A DNA stretch of 61,739 nt, the filler included. It is 5 parts of 5 records of this genome, joined end to end, with 100 filler letters (N's around TTAATTAATTAA, not from the genome) between each part and the next. Parts side by side here need not be neighbours in the genome. Positions count along the whole stretch, not along the records: positions 41,923 to 56,225 come from SRR31156797_5774; positions 56,326 to 61,739 come from SRR31156797_5777; 3 more parts are not named here. One strand, 5' to 3'. The position numbers and the translations under genes are program-made. Below are positions 47,595 through 58,750 of this stretch, in pieces. Each line of letters opens with the position of its first letter. The stretch's first letter is position 1. Below the pieces are notes generated by a model. It saw nothing but the letters and a program-made list of their open reading frames with translations. It was not told the origin of the DNA and made no database searches.

Positions 47595-47740
47595 ATGTGA
47601 TCGTCTGGGGAGTGTTTAATAAATATGAAATTGATTTTTGTCAAGAACAATCAGGAATGTCCTGTCGTTCATGCCATAAGCACCGGCAAGGAAAATTGAA
47701 ACCCGGTTCCCGGCTTTGAAAGGCCGGGAACATTAACTGC

Positions 47741-49207
47741 TCAAGCGCGTGTCGCAAGTTTTTTCTTCAGCCGTTGATACGCTGTCAGGGCCCACATGGC
47801 CCGGGCGCCCCGTTCCGGGCTTGGCAGGACCACCACCCCGGCATCCTGGAGCGCCCGGATAAGCCTTGAGTTATCCCGGGTCAGGAAGGAATAGCCAATG
47901 ACCGGTTTGGGACAGTTTTTCCCCAGGTTTGCCATGGCCTGGGCCTGCTGGGTGATGATGTTGTCCGCCTGCTCTTCCACCTGGTCTTCCGGTATTCCCA
48001 GTCCCTGCAAGGCCATCCGGATCATGCGGGCCGAGGCCAGGAAATAGGTCAGCAGCGCGTCCGCGTTTTCATCCCCGAGCAGTATGCCGGGGATGGTCTG
48101 GAAAAAATCCAGCGGATTTTTCGTAAAGGTCAGATCCACCGGGTTGGCCACACTGGCCGTGTGGGGGACAAAGGGCTTTAATTTCTTGAGGGTTTTGGGG
48201 GACAGGGGGGGCAGCTTCAGCCCGTTTCGGCCGCAGGCATCGGCGGCCACGGCTCCCGGGCCGCCGGAATGGGTCTGGATGATGACCCGGTTGCCCGGGG
48301 CAGGGGGGCAGATCCCCAGTGCATAGCAGAAATCAAACAGCTCTTCAATGGAGCGGGCCCGGATGATGCCGCTCTGGCGAAACACGCCGTTGTACAGGGG
48401 ATCGGGCCCGGCAAGGGCGCCCGTATGGGAAAAACCGGCCCGTGCCCCTTCTTCCGATCCCCCCACATAAAAGGCAACGATGGGCTTGCGGGGGGTGATG
48501 GCCCTGGCCGCGTCGATGAAGTCGCGTCCCCGCCTGATGGATTCGATGTAAAGGGCGATCACCTTTGTGTCGGGGCAGGCCCCCAGGTATTCCATGCAGT
48601 CCACAATATCCACATTGGCTTCGTTGCCCACACTGAATCCCGTGCTGAAACCGATACCGTACCGTTTCAGGTAGGAGAACATCTGGGTGATGAAGCTCCC
48701 GCTCTGGGAGGCCATGCCGATAAATCCCCTGGAGGCTTCATAGGGTAAAAAGGTGGCATTGAGGTCCTGATGGGAATTGACCACGCCGATACAGTTCGGG
48801 CCGAGAAATCGGATGCCGTACTTGTCCGCAATGGCGGTCAGCTTGTTTTGCAGTTTTCTGCCGTCCCCGCCCACCTCGTTGAATCCCGCGGAAACGATGA
48901 TGGCATGGCGGATTCCCTTCTGGCCGCAGGCCTCCAGGGTCTGGCAGACAATTTTGGTGGGAAGCACGATAAATGCCAGATCCGGGGTGTGATCAAGGTC
49001 CGAGACCTGTTTAAAGGCCCGGATGCCCTGTACCTTCTCCTCTTTGGGATGGATGGGGGTGAGGGCGCCCTTGTAACCCAGGGACAGTATGGATCCCATG
49101 ATGCTGGATCCCATGGCGCTGAAGTTGTTTGAGGCGCCGAAAAAGGCGATGCTCCTGGGATTTGCGATGGGATGGATCACGCTTTCCTGGATGGATGAGG
49201 GTATCAT
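47741..49207 (-). CDS. ADP-forming acyl-CoA synthetase (acetate-CoA ligase) alpha-type subunit
   Basis: PRSIAFFGAS, RFLGPNCIG, SQSGS, SVGNEA, SHTGALAG (phospho-His), SGGPG and NPVDL. Confidence 0.9.
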   Translation of the reverse strand: MIPSSIQESVIHPIANPRSIAFFGASNNFSAMGSSIMGSILSLGYKGALTPIHPKEEKVQGIRAFKQVSDLDHTPDLAFIVLPTKIVCQTLEACGQKGIRHAIIVSAGFNEVGGDGRKLQNKLTAIADKYGIRFLGPNCIGVVNSHQDLNATFLPYEASRGFIGMASQSGSFITQMFSYLKRYGIGFSTGFSVGNEANVDIVDCMEYLGACPDTKVIALYIESIRRGRDFIDAARAITPRKPIVAFYVGGSEEGARAGFSHTGALAGPDPLYNGVFRQSGIIRARSIEELFDFCYALGICPPAPGNRVIIQTHSGGPGAVAADACGRNGLKLPPLSPKTLKKLKPFVPHTASVANPVDLTFTKNPLDFFQTIPGILLGDENADALLTYFLASARMIRMALQGLGIPEDQVEEQADNIITQQAQAMANLGKNCPKPVIGYSFLTRDNSRLIRALQDAGVVVLPSPERGARAMWALTAYQRLKKKLATRA

Positions 49208-49887
49208 TTTACGGGTTCCTGAAGTACGACCAGGGCGTCCACGGCTGTGACACGGCCCTGGGGATCGATTATCAGCGGGTTGATATCTATTTCCGGGATT
49301 TCACTGTGTGTCAGTCCGATTGTGCCCAGGGCCAGGAGGCAGTCGCAGATGGTGGCGATATCCGCCCCCTCCTGTCCCCGGAACGGACCCAGCATGGCCT
49401 TTGACCGGAATTCTTCGGTCATGTCCAGGGCTTCGGCCCGGTCAAAGGGGGCGACCCGGAAAACGGAGTCCTTGAAAATTTCCGTTGCGGTTCCACCCAG
49501 CCCCAGCATGACGCAGGGCCCGAACCGGGGATCCCGGGTGAGGCCCATCACCAGCTCCCGCCGGCCCCGGATGGTCTCCTGCACGAGGATGCCGTCGATC
49601 TCCACATCAACGGTATCGGTGATGTCATGGCAGGCCTGCTGAACCTGCCTCGGAGACGTCAGGTTGAACCGTATACAGCCTTTTTCGCTCTTGTGCATCA
49701 GGTATGGGGAGCAGGCCTTCAGTACCACGGGATAGCCGATGGTGTCGGCCGCCGCCACCGCCTCCCTGGCGCCCCGGACAAGTTTTTCCCGGGTGGTTGG
49801 AATCCCGTAGGCGTTCAGCACGGCCTTTGACTGATGTTCCGAAAGGGCGGGGACGCCCCGCTCCAAAGCGGTTTGAATCACTTCCAT
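49204..49887 (-). CDS. ADP-forming acyl-CoA synthetase beta-type (ATP-grasp) subunit
   Basis: LSEHQSKAVL.YGIP, IGYPVVLK, HKSE, DPRFGPCVMLGLGG, EIDINPL and AVDAL. Confidence 0.9.
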   Translation of the reverse strand: MEVIQTALERGVPALSEHQSKAVLNAYGIPTTREKLVRGAREAVAAADTIGYPVVLKACSPYLMHKSEKGCIRFNLTSPRQVQQACHDITDTVDVEIDGILVQETIRGRRELVMGLTRDPRFGPCVMLGLGGTATEIFKDSVFRVAPFDRAEALDMTEEFRSKAMLGPFRGQEGADIATICDCLLALGTIGLTHSEIPEIDINPLIIDPQGRVTAVDALVVLQEPVK

Positions 49888-50099
49888 TGTTTCCCCTTTA
49901 ACCTTATTTTACGATTGGATATCACGCACCAGGGATAGGTGACGTGTCTGGGTAAGGTCGGATTCGTATACATAGGAATGTTCGTTAGCAAACGAAAAAT
50001 GGAATGTCAAGGAGAATAATAACGATGTTCCGGTGTCCGAATTATTGTTTGAATCTAATAGTTGTTTACTCTTTTCAAGAATAACAGTATGGATATGCC

Positions 50100-50873
50100 A
50101 TGGAAACGTATTACTATCTGGTGCATATCCAATACCTGGGGTTTCGATACCACGGGTGGCTCAAGCAACCAAAATTAAAAACCGTTGAGTCCATGGTCGA
50201 GAAAACCGTTGAATATATCCTTGGCAATTCCGATTTTAAAATCCTCGGAAGCAGCCGAACCGATTCAAAGGTCTCGGCCAATCATTCCGCATTTGAGCTT
50301 TTTGTCCCCGGGCCGCTGGATCCGGAAAAGCTGCGCACGGATTTCAATCTCAATCTGCCCAACGATATCAGGGTGCTGAAAATTGAAGAAAAGGACCGGC
50401 ACTTCAGTATCATCAACGCCCCGAGAACCAAGGAGTACATCTATCTGTTCGCCTTTGGGGAAAAGTGTCACCCCTTTTGCGCGCCCCTGATCTGCTCCTT
50501 CCGGCATCACCTTGATATCGGGCTGATGAAACAGGGGGCCCTGCTGTTCCAAGGCAGGCACAATTTCAGGAATTACTGCACCAAACCAAAACCCGGAACA
50601 AAATTCGACAGGGAAATATTGGTCAGCAGGATTGAAGAAAATACGATGTATCAGGCCAATTTCTTCCCCCAAAAAAGCTATGCCTACCGTATCCGTTCAA
50701 AAGGGTTCATGCGGTACCAGGTGCGGCTGATCATGGGGCAGCTGCTCTCCCTTGGACGGGGGGAGATCGGCCTGGACGGGATCCGGGCGTCCCTGACGGG
50801 GGAGAGTCATAAACCCCTGAGGCATATTGCCCCATCCTCCGGGTTGATGTTGAATAAAATCGAGTTCCAGTGA
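50100..50873 (+). CDS. truA: tRNA pseudouridine(38-40) synthase TruA family
   Basis: YLGFRYHGW..QP, GSSRTD (catalytic Asp), LPNDI, GRHNF, GFMRYQVR and APSSGL. Confidence 0.88.
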   Translation: METYYYLVHIQYLGFRYHGWLKQPKLKTVESMVEKTVEYILGNSDFKILGSSRTDSKVSANHSAFELFVPGPLDPEKLRTDFNLNLPNDIRVLKIEEKDRHFSIINAPRTKEYIYLFAFGEKCHPFCAPLICSFRHHLDIGLMKQGALLFQGRHNFRNYCTKPKPGTKFDREILVSRIEENTMYQANFFPQKSYAYRIRSKGFMRYQVRLIMGQLLSLGRGEIGLDGIRASLTGESHKPLRHIAPSSGLMLNKIEFQ

Positions 50874-50913
50874 TTTTTTTACTCTCGATGTAACGGAAAG
50901 GAAAAGGTGTTTG

Positions 50914-52056
50914 ATGGCAAAAGTTGCGCTTATTCGATGTGAGTCCTACGACCGTGATGAAGTAAAAAAAGCCGTGGAAAGAGGGCTTGGGCTTTTGGGG
51001 GGCATCTCTTCCCTGGTCCGGGAAGGCGAAAATATTTTACTCAAACCCAACCTCCTTGCCGGGGAGGCGCCTTCAAAGTGCGTCACCACCCATCCCATGG
51101 TGTTTGAGGCGGTGGCGGAAGCGTTGATCCGGGCCGGAGCAAATGTCTCCTATGGGGATTCCCCTGCATTGGGAACCACCTCAAAAGTCGCCCGAAAGGC
51201 GGGTGTCGCCGAAACGGCGGACCGGATGGAGGTGCCGCCGGCGGATTTCAAGAACGGGGTCGATATCTTTTTTGACAAGGGCATTCAAAACAGGAAATTC
51301 ACCATTGCCAAAGGGGTCCTCGATGCCGACGGGGTGATCAGTCTGCCGAAATTGAAGACCCACGGCCTGGAGAAATTTACAGGGGCCGTCAAGAATCAGT
51401 TTGGTTGCATTCCCGGGGTTCTCAAGGGGGAGTTCCATATGCGGCTGCCGGATGCCGAAGCGTTTGCTAAGATGCTGGTGGATCTGAATACCCTTGTAAA
51501 CCCCAGACTCTATGTCATGGACGCGGTCTATGGAATGGAAGGAAACGGCCCCAGGGGCGGGCGTCCCAGGAAAATGAACCTGCTTCTTTTCTCAACCGAT
51601 CCGGTGGCCTTGGATGCAACGGCCTGCCGGCTGGTGGATTTAAACCCGGAATATGTGCCAACCACCCAATGCGGCATGGCGGCCGGTGCCGGCACCTTCC
51701 TGGAGACGGAGATCGAACTCCTTGGAGATGATTTCAACGGGTTTGTGGTCAAAGACTTTGATATCGACAGGACGCCTTTAAAACCCTACAAGCCCAACGG
51801 TTTTACAGGATATTTGAACAACCGGCTGGTGCCCAGGCCCTATATTGTCACGGAGAAATGTGTGAAATGCGGGATCTGCGTGAACATCTGCCCTGCACAA
51901 CCCAAGGCGCTGGGGTTCAGGGAGGATGATAAATCCAACCCGCCGGTTTATGATTATGATTATTGCATCCGGTGCTTCTGTTGCCAGGAGCTCTGTCCGG
52001 AAAGCGCCATTCAGTTAAAAACACCCTTGTTGAGGAAAATGATAAATTTCTTTTAG
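50914..52056 (+). CDS. DUF362 protein with C-terminal 2x[4Fe-4S] ferredoxin domain
   Basis: LLKPNL, TTHP, LPKLKTH, GAVKN.FG, GMEGNGP and DPVALD, then CVKCGICVNICP and CIRCFCCQELCP. Confidence 0.9.
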   Translation: MAKVALIRCESYDRDEVKKAVERGLGLLGGISSLVREGENILLKPNLLAGEAPSKCVTTHPMVFEAVAEALIRAGANVSYGDSPALGTTSKVARKAGVAETADRMEVPPADFKNGVDIFFDKGIQNRKFTIAKGVLDADGVISLPKLKTHGLEKFTGAVKNQFGCIPGVLKGEFHMRLPDAEAFAKMLVDLNTLVNPRLYVMDAVYGMEGNGPRGGRPRKMNLLLFSTDPVALDATACRLVDLNPEYVPTTQCGMAAGAGTFLETEIELLGDDFNGFVVKDFDIDRTPLKPYKPNGFTGYLNNRLVPRPYIVTEKCVKCGICVNICPAQPKALGFREDDKSNPPVYDYDYCIRCFCCQELCPESAIQLKTPLLRKMINFF

Positions 52057-52213
52057 CGATCATGGTTTTGCTTATTAAATTTTGATTTGTATTGGTCTAC
52101 CAGATGTTGTATGTTGTTTTTTTTGAACGGACCGGGATACCAAAGATCTCCCCGGTTATTTTTGGACTTGAGACTCAGGGCAAGCAACGTGATGTAAAAA
52201 AAGACAAATCAGG

Positions 52214-54406
52214 ATGTTTATGAGAAAAACGAGTGCCGGTAAATTCAGAATTCTTGTGGCTGATGATGATGAAACGATTTTGGATCTGTACAGGGAGGTA
52301 TTCGATCAGGATTATCTCTCCGGTCCCTGTCTCCCTGGAATGGATTCCATTTGTGCTGAGCTTTCCAACGGGGAAAATCGGGAAGCCGGATTCGGCCCTG
52401 CTTACTTGTCCTATGATTTGACTTTCTGCCGGCAGGCAAATGATGCCGTTGAAGCGGTCCGGTCCGCTGTTGCCGCCGGGCATCCCTTTTCGGTGGCTTT
52501 TATCGACGTTCTCATGCCGCCCGGAAAGGATGGGATCCGGGCGGCCGGGCAGATACGAAAGATAGACCCATATGTTGATATCGTATTAGTAACCGGGGGG
52601 GCTGATATTGACCCGGCAGATGTTTCCCTGAAAATTCCTCCTGCCCACAGACTGTTATACCTTAGAAAACCATTTTGTAACCCTGAAATAACACAGCTTG
52701 TCGCGGCGTTGAGTGTGAAATGGCAAATGGGAAATGAACTCAGGCGGTCCAAAGCGGTATTGGAGGATGAACTCCGGGAACGTACAAGGGAACTGGCTGA
52801 AATCAATCACAAACTGATTCAGGATATAGAGCATCGCAAACAAACTGCAAATGAGCTGAGGGAGAGCAGGGAAAGGCTTGAACTGGCACTGGATGCGAGC
52901 AATTCCGGTGTGTGGGAATGGGAGCTCAAAAAGGAGGAACTCTATCTCGATGACAGGACATTGAAAATCCTGGGATATGAAAGGGATGAACTTCCCACGG
53001 GACCTGAGGGGACCGCATATCTCCATCATCCGGAAGATTTTCCCTTTGTTCAGGAACAAATGCTTTCCCATATCCGGGGAGAAATTCCGGTCTTCGACAG
53101 CGAATACAGGGTGCGGACAAAAAATGGAACGTGGTGCTGGCTGCGCTCCTGCGGGAAAATATCCAAACGGGATGAAGCGCAAAAGCCTGAAATAGTATCC
53201 GGTACAACCGTGGATGTAACGGAACGGGTGCATGCCAAAGAGGACAAGAAGCGGCTGGAAAATTCCTTGAGGCAGGCCCAGAAGATGGAGGCCATCGGCA
53301 CATTGGCGGGTGGCCTTGCCCATGATTTTAACAACGTTCTCAGTGCGATAAATGGATATATGGGCATCCTGCGGAATCACTGTTCCCAGGACGCCAAAGT
53401 ATCCCATTATATCGACCAGGTGCTGGGGGCAAGCAATCGCGCAACGGATCTTATTCGGAATATGATGGCTTTCAGCAGGCAGGCAAAGGCTGAAAAGGTC
53501 CCCCTGGATATTGGGTCCATCGTTGAGGAGGTATTGAAATTGCTCCGCCCTTCAATTCCCCCGACCATTGAAATCAGTCATGACATAAGGACCGGCCTGG
53601 ACCGTGTCCTGGCGGACCCGTCCCAGATACATCGGGTGGTGATGAATTTGTGTACCAATGCGTATCAGGCAATGGACCATACCGGGGGCCGGATTGAAAT
53701 AACCCTGGAACCGGAAACCATCTCTTTGGATCGGGCCAATATTCACAGGAATATAACCCGGGGCCGGTATTTGAAATTATCCGTAACAGATACGGGTCCC
53801 GGTATTGAACAGGATAAAATTGAACGTATCTTTGAACCCTATTTTACCACCAAAAGGGCTGGAGAAGGCACGGGACTGGGATTGGCAATGGTTCATGGCA
53901 TCGTGGAAGAGCATATGGGCGCCATCCTTGTGGACAGTGCGCCGGGTCTTGGCACCCGTTTCCATGTCTACCTTCCCGCGACGGATACAAGTGAAGCCGG
54001 GACAGGGGGTGACGACATCCCTGACTCCGTACTCCCGGGGAATGAAAGAATTCTTTTCGTGGATGATGAAAAGTGTCTCGCGGATTTAGGCAAAGAAATG
54101 CTCGAAGATTATGGTTACGAGGTTGAAAGTGTGACAAATCCCGAAGTCGCCCTTGCAATGTTTAAAGAGAATCATGACCGATTTGATATGGTGATAACCG
54201 ACTATATCATGCCTGAAATGACAGGGGACCGGCTTGCCGGAAAAATTTTGGAGATCCGGCCGGAAATTCCGATCATTATGTGTACCGGCTTTAACCGATC
54301 TTTAACCCCTGAAATAGTAAAGGCGGCAGGCATAAGAAAGTTAATAACAAAACCCCTTGAGCTGGAGGCGTTTGTCAAAACCATCAGGGATATATTTGAA
54401 GAATAA
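52214..54406 (+). CDS. Hybrid sensor kinase REC-PAS-HisKA-HATPase-REC
   Basis: ILVADDD..FIDVLMP, PAS (GVWEW..HPED), QAQKMEAIGTLAGGLAHDFNN, GTGLGL and C-terminal DMVITDYIMP. Confidence 0.93.
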   Translation: MFMRKTSAGKFRILVADDDETILDLYREVFDQDYLSGPCLPGMDSICAELSNGENREAGFGPAYLSYDLTFCRQANDAVEAVRSAVAAGHPFSVAFIDVLMPPGKDGIRAAGQIRKIDPYVDIVLVTGGADIDPADVSLKIPPAHRLLYLRKPFCNPEITQLVAALSVKWQMGNELRRSKAVLEDELRERTRELAEINHKLIQDIEHRKQTANELRESRERLELALDASNSGVWEWELKKEELYLDDRTLKILGYERDELPTGPEGTAYLHHPEDFPFVQEQMLSHIRGEIPVFDSEYRVRTKNGTWCWLRSCGKISKRDEAQKPEIVSGTTVDVTERVHAKEDKKRLENSLRQAQKMEAIGTLAGGLAHDFNNVLSAINGYMGILRNHCSQDAKVSHYIDQVLGASNRATDLIRNMMAFSRQAKAEKVPLDIGSIVEEVLKLLRPSIPPTIEISHDIRTGLDRVLADPSQIHRVVMNLCTNAYQAMDHTGGRIEITLEPETISLDRANIHRNITRGRYLKLSVTDTGPGIEQDKIERIFEPYFTTKRAGEGTGLGLAMVHGIVEEHMGAILVDSAPGLGTRFHVYLPATDTSEAGTGGDDIPDSVLPGNERILFVDDEKCLADLGKEMLEDYGYEVESVTNPEVALAMFKENHDRFDMVITDYIMPEMTGDRLAGKILEIRPEIPIIMCTGFNRSLTPEIVKAAGIRKLITKPLELEAFVKTIRDIFEE

Positions 54407-54602
54407 TGGGTTAAATAAACTCAACGTAAGTGGCCCTATCCCACTGTATAAAACGAAGGAAGCCCTGTCTTTCTTTGTTGCTCTCTTTCCCGCATGCATG
54501 AATTTTTTTATCCGACCGAGATGCTGGCATCAGGCATGGGCCTATGTTACAATATGTTTTCCGTGTTTCAAGCTGGAACCTCATTCCAAATTCGGGAAAC
54601 AA

Positions 54603-56225
54603 ATGGACGGATCAATGACTTTCAAAATTCCGTTTCTAAAACCGGCCATCGCCACCAGATTACTGAGCTGGTTTCTATTGGCGGCATTGTTGCCCCTGTT
54701 TGTGTTTGGGTATATCGCCTACAATCATTCCGTTGAAACCTTGAGAAAGGTCGTAACAAACGATCTTGAAACCATCGCCCAAAGAAAAGTCGACTACATA
54801 AACAATTTTTTTAAGGGAATCGAAAAAGATCTGGCCGTGCTGGCGCACAGTTCACAGGTGGCGGATTCCATGGCCCTGTTGACTTCGGCCCTGAAGGGCG
54901 AAGGCGGGAATTCGTCCGGCCATATGACGGTTGATAAGGAACTTGAGGCGTTTTTGACATATTTTATGAAGACCTACGGATATTATGACCTGTTCCTTAT
55001 TACCACCTCGGGCGATATTTTTTTTACCGTGCTCCGCGAAGACGATTTCGGGACCAACCTGGTGGCGGGCCCCTATAAGGATTCTCCCCTGGCCGATGTT
55101 TTCAATAATGCCGTCTCCTCATTGGCAATAGAGCCATCCGGTTTCTATTATTACAGTCCTTCCCAGGTGTCTGCTGCGTTTATCGCATTGCCAGTCTTTA
55201 AAAACGGGGGAATGATCGGGGTTGTGGCGGTGCAGGTGGGGCCCGGGGCGATCTACCGGGTGGCGCTGGACTATACGGGGCTGGGGGAAACAGGCGAGGC
55301 CCTGATCGCTTCGGAAATGGATGGCTGCGCCGTATTCCTGACCCCTCTCCGGTATGACGCGGAAGCCGCGTTAAAGAGAAAGGTGGCTATCGGGTCCCGA
55401 AAAGCATTGCCCATTCAGAAGGCCGTGCTTGGCGAAAATGGCGCCGGCGTATATGCGGATTACCGGGGGGAAAAGGTGCTGGCCGCCTGGAGATACCTGC
55501 CCCTCTTAAAGATAGGCATGGTTGTGAAAAAGGACCTTGAAGAAGCCTTTGCGCCGGTGGTCAAGCTGACAAGATGGTTCTTGTTGATGGGAATCGTAAT
55601 CATGACAGCAGGGATCATGATCGCCCTGTTCTTGTCCAGAACCATTTCCCGCCCCATTGTGAAATTGACTGAAACCACGAAAAAAATGGCCGGCGGCGAT
55701 TTGACGGTAAAGGCGAAGATCGAAACCGATGACGAGATAGGGAATCTTGCCAGGACCTTCAATAAAATGATCGTCCAGCGGGGCCGGGCGGAGGAAGAAC
55801 TGCGCCGTTTGAGGAACCTTTTGCAAAACATTGTTGATTCCATGCCCTCGGTGCTTGTGGGGGTTGATCCGGACGGCCGGGTCATGCAGTGGAACCGTGG
55901 GGCTGAGAAGGCCACCGGGATCACCTCTGACCAGGCCCGGGGCGAATTGCTCACAAGGGTGTTTCCGCAACTGGCCCGGGAGATGGACAAGGTGCGGAAG
56001 GCCATCCGGGACAGAGAGTCAAGGACGGCTGAAAAGATTCCCTGGCAAACAGACGATGAACAGCGCTACGCCGATCTGACCATCTATCCCCTGATCTCCG
56101 ATAAAGTTCAGGGCGCCGTTATTCGTGTGGATGACGTGACCGGGCGGGTCCGCATGGAAGAACTCGTGATCCAGACGGAGAAAATGATGTCCGTGGGGGG
56201 GCTTGCCGCGGGCATGGCCCATGAG
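54603..56225 (+). CDS. Cache-HAMP-PAS sensor histidine kinase (3'-truncated)
   Basis: TM, dCache (YYDLFLI, GLGETGE, DYRGEKVL), TM, HAMP (DEIGNLARTFNKM), PAS, and EKMMSVGGLAAGMAHE cut by the linker. Start at ATG 54603 or 54615. Confidence 0.9.
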
Positions 56226-56325
56226 NNNNNNNNNNNNNNNNNNNNNNNNNNNNNNNNNNNNNNNNNNNNTTAATTAATTAANNNNNNNNNNNNNNNNNNN
56301 NNNNNNNNNNNNNNNNNNNNNNNNN
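56226..56325. other. Artificial contig linker
   Basis: N44-TTAATTAATTAA-N44. Confidence 0.99.
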
Positions 56326-57037
56326 GATAAACACTTCGGGCCAACTCGCTTTTGACGATATCCGCCGGCGCACCCTGTTCAATAATTCGTCCCTGATTGA
56401 TAATGTAGGCTTTGTCGCAAACATTCAATGTTTCACGTACATTATGGTCCGATATGATAACGCCCAGGCCCCGATCCTTTAACTGGCGTATGATCTGCTG
56501 AATATCGTTGATGGCCAGAGGATCAATGCCTGCAAAGGGCTCATCTAAAAGCATAAACCTGGGCTCAGTCACCAAAGCCCTGGATATTTCCAGCCTTCGT
56601 CTCTCCCCTCCCGAAAGGGACAAAGCTTTCTGTTTGGCCAGGTGATCGATGCTCAACTCCCTGAGACCCCGCTCCAGACGCTCTCTTCGTTCCTGTACCG
56701 GCACGCGCAGCATCTCAAGTATGGCGAGCAGGTTCTGTTCAACGGTCAATTTACGGAACACCGAAGGCTCTTGAGCCAGATAACTGACACCCTTCCTGGC
56801 CCTTTGAAACATGGGGTCCTGGGTGATGTCCATGCCGTCCAGGAAAACCCGCCCTTCGTTGGGTCGCGTAAGCCCCACCACCATGTAAAAAGTGGTCGTT
56901 TTTCCCGCCCCATTGGGGCCCAGAAGCCCGACAATCTCCTGTCTGTTGACCATTACATCTACACGATCAACCACCCGTTTACCGCCATAGGCCTTGACAA
57001 GGCCTATGGCCTCCAGCATTTCGGATGCCGTATTCAC
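56326..57037 (-). CDS. lptB: LPS export ABC transporter ATPase LptB (last codons lost at contig break)
   Basis: GLLGPNGAGKTTTFYM, YLAQEPSVFRKL, LSGGERRRLEI, LDEPFAGIDP and DHNVRETL. Confidence 0.96.
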
Positions 57038-57588
57038 GGCCCCTTTCCCTTCTCCTGTTTTGGAAAAATGACCGCCCGGACTTTCTTGTCCTTGGCACTT
57101 TCCACAATGCTCCGGTCCTCTTTCAGGAAAAGCGTAATCACATCTCCTTCTACAAAATCCTCTCCCTGCTTCACAACCGGCTTTCCCGTAAGAACCAGTT
57201 TTTCACCCTTTTGATAATAAACGGCCTTTTCCCCGGTGGCCACCCCGCCCTCTGCACGAATAATTTTTACGGCCCCGGTGGCAACAATTTTATCGATACT
57301 GGCGGAAACATTTTCAGTCTTTTTTTGCGCTGAAGATTTTTCATAAAGGACCACCAATTTATTACAAAATACGGTGAAATCATCCCGTTTGGCCTCCACA
57401 CTGCCTTCAAAGATAATCCTCTTTCTTTTATCATCGGCTTCCAGGGTCTTGCTTTTGATCACCATTGGACCCTGGCTCTTTTTTTGGGTCTTCGTAAGAG
57501 GACCGGCCGGCAGGGCCGGACCGGAAAACATCCACATCAGAAGCAGTCCCGTCAACACAAAAACCGGGTAAGTCGTTAACCGTTTCAT
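57034..57588 (-). CDS. lptA: LPS transport periplasmic protein LptA
   Basis: Signal peptide and OstA-like beta-jellyroll (IVATGAV, GEKAVY, LTGKP, GDVI, RVRAVI-like). Lies between lptC and lptB. Confidence 0.88.
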   Translation of the reverse strand: MKRLTTYPVFVLTGLLLMWMFSGPALPAGPLTKTQKKSQGPMVIKSKTLEADDKRKRIIFEGSVEAKRDDFTVFCNKLVVLYEKSSAQKKTENVSASIDKIVATGAVKIIRAEGGVATGEKAVYYQKGEKLVLTGKPVVKQGEDFVEGDVITLFLKEDRSIVESAKDKKVRAVIFPKQEKGKGP

Positions 57589-58169
57589 GGGGTTGCCGAT
57601 GCCTCCGCTTCCCGGTCAATGGTTGTCACCACATTTGACAAAATCTTGATCCTGTTCTCTGAAAGATCGGCAAAAAGGCCCTTTCCCTTCACCGTAAAGA
57701 GTGGACCGAATATCTCCACCGGCTCTTCATTATTCACAGTGCCCTTTTTTTCGTTAATCAACACATACTCCGTAAGGAACCGATATTCAGTTCCATAAGT
57801 ACCGTCCAATTTGCCCCACAGCTCAATCTTTCCATCATCCTTAAAGTAAATCCCTTTTTCGCCCCTCAGGGAAAATCCGGGCCTCCCCTCGGCTTCCACC
57901 TTCAGATAGAAATCAAAAAACCTGATGATCTTTCGATCCTCCGAGAAACGGACTTCCTTGGCGTCCAGAACCCATTTTATCTTTTCATCCGGATCATTCT
58001 GGCGATAATGAATGTCTTTAAGCTTTACACCTTCTCCCGAGATAACGTCCTTCAAAAGGGCGGCGGTTTTAACAAAATCCTTACCGGCTTTTGCAAAATA
58101 GAAGACCACCACCAAAAGCAAAATACCGACTCCCACAAGGGGCCAATGTCTTTTTACAAAACTTTTCAT
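57585..58169 (-). CDS. lptC: LPS export protein LptC
   Basis: N-terminal TM, W.L.A..A-like motif, and GKGLFADL..IKILSNV. Position in the kdsC-lptCAB operon. Confidence 0.8.
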   Translation of the reverse strand: MKSFVKRHWPLVGVGILLLVVVFYFAKAGKDFVKTAALLKDVISGEGVKLKDIHYRQNDPDEKIKWVLDAKEVRFSEDRKIIRFFDFYLKVEAEGRPGFSLRGEKGIYFKDDGKIELWGKLDGTYGTEYRFLTEYVLINEKKGTVNNEEPVEIFGPLFTVKGKGLFADLSENRIKILSNVVTTIDREAEASATP

Positions 58170-58187
58170 GGGACGATTCGCAGTATA

Positions 58188-58709
58188 TCAACCCCTGCTT
58201 TGTTCTGTAAAGGCAATTCTAGGCCACCGTCCACGGCATTTCAGTATCCATTCGGAAATCTCCCTGACGGCGCCCATGCCACCTCTCTTGCTGGTTATGA
58301 AATCCGCCTGTTCCCGAACTTCCCTGGCGGCATCCGAAACCGTAATACACAAACCGGATTCCCGGAACATGGCCAGATCGGGCAAATCATCCCCCACGGA
58401 ACCCACCTGTGACTTGTCAAAGCCCCTTTTCTCAATCAGGCGCCTGCAGACAAGGCCTTTGTCCGATACCCCTTGATACACCTCACGGATTCCCAACTCC
58501 CCGGCGCGATGGGCAACCACCCGGGACTTACGACCGGTAACGATAACGACTTCTATGCCATCGCTCATGAGCAGTTTCAACCCGAACCCGTCTTTAACAT
58601 CAAAGGATTTTATCTCTTCCCCGTTTTCATTCAATGTAATACGACCATCCGTCAGAACCCCGTCAACGTCCAGGAAAAGCAGTTTTATTGCGGCAGCCTT
58701 GTCTTCCAT
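58188..58709 (-). CDS. kdsC: KDO 8-phosphate phosphatase
   Basis: LDVDGVLTDG, FDVKDG, GDDLPD and GGMGAVRE. Confidence 0.94.
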   Translation of the reverse strand: MEDKAAAIKLLFLDVDGVLTDGRITLNENGEEIKSFDVKDGFGLKLLMSDGIEVVIVTGRKSRVVAHRAGELGIREVYQGVSDKGLVCRRLIEKRGFDKSQVGSVGDDLPDLAMFRESGLCITVSDAAREVREQADFITSKRGGMGAVREISEWILKCRGRWPRIAFTEQSRG

Positions 58710-58750
58710 TTTTTTCTACTCCACCCTTGGGCCTTGTTGGGCGATGAAGC

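Noticed and set aside
54357-54602. N-terminal extension of the Cache kinase ORF given in the track
   Set aside because: It starts at a TTG inside the upstream gene and reads as non-coding. ATG 54603 or 54615 just before the first TM is more plausible.
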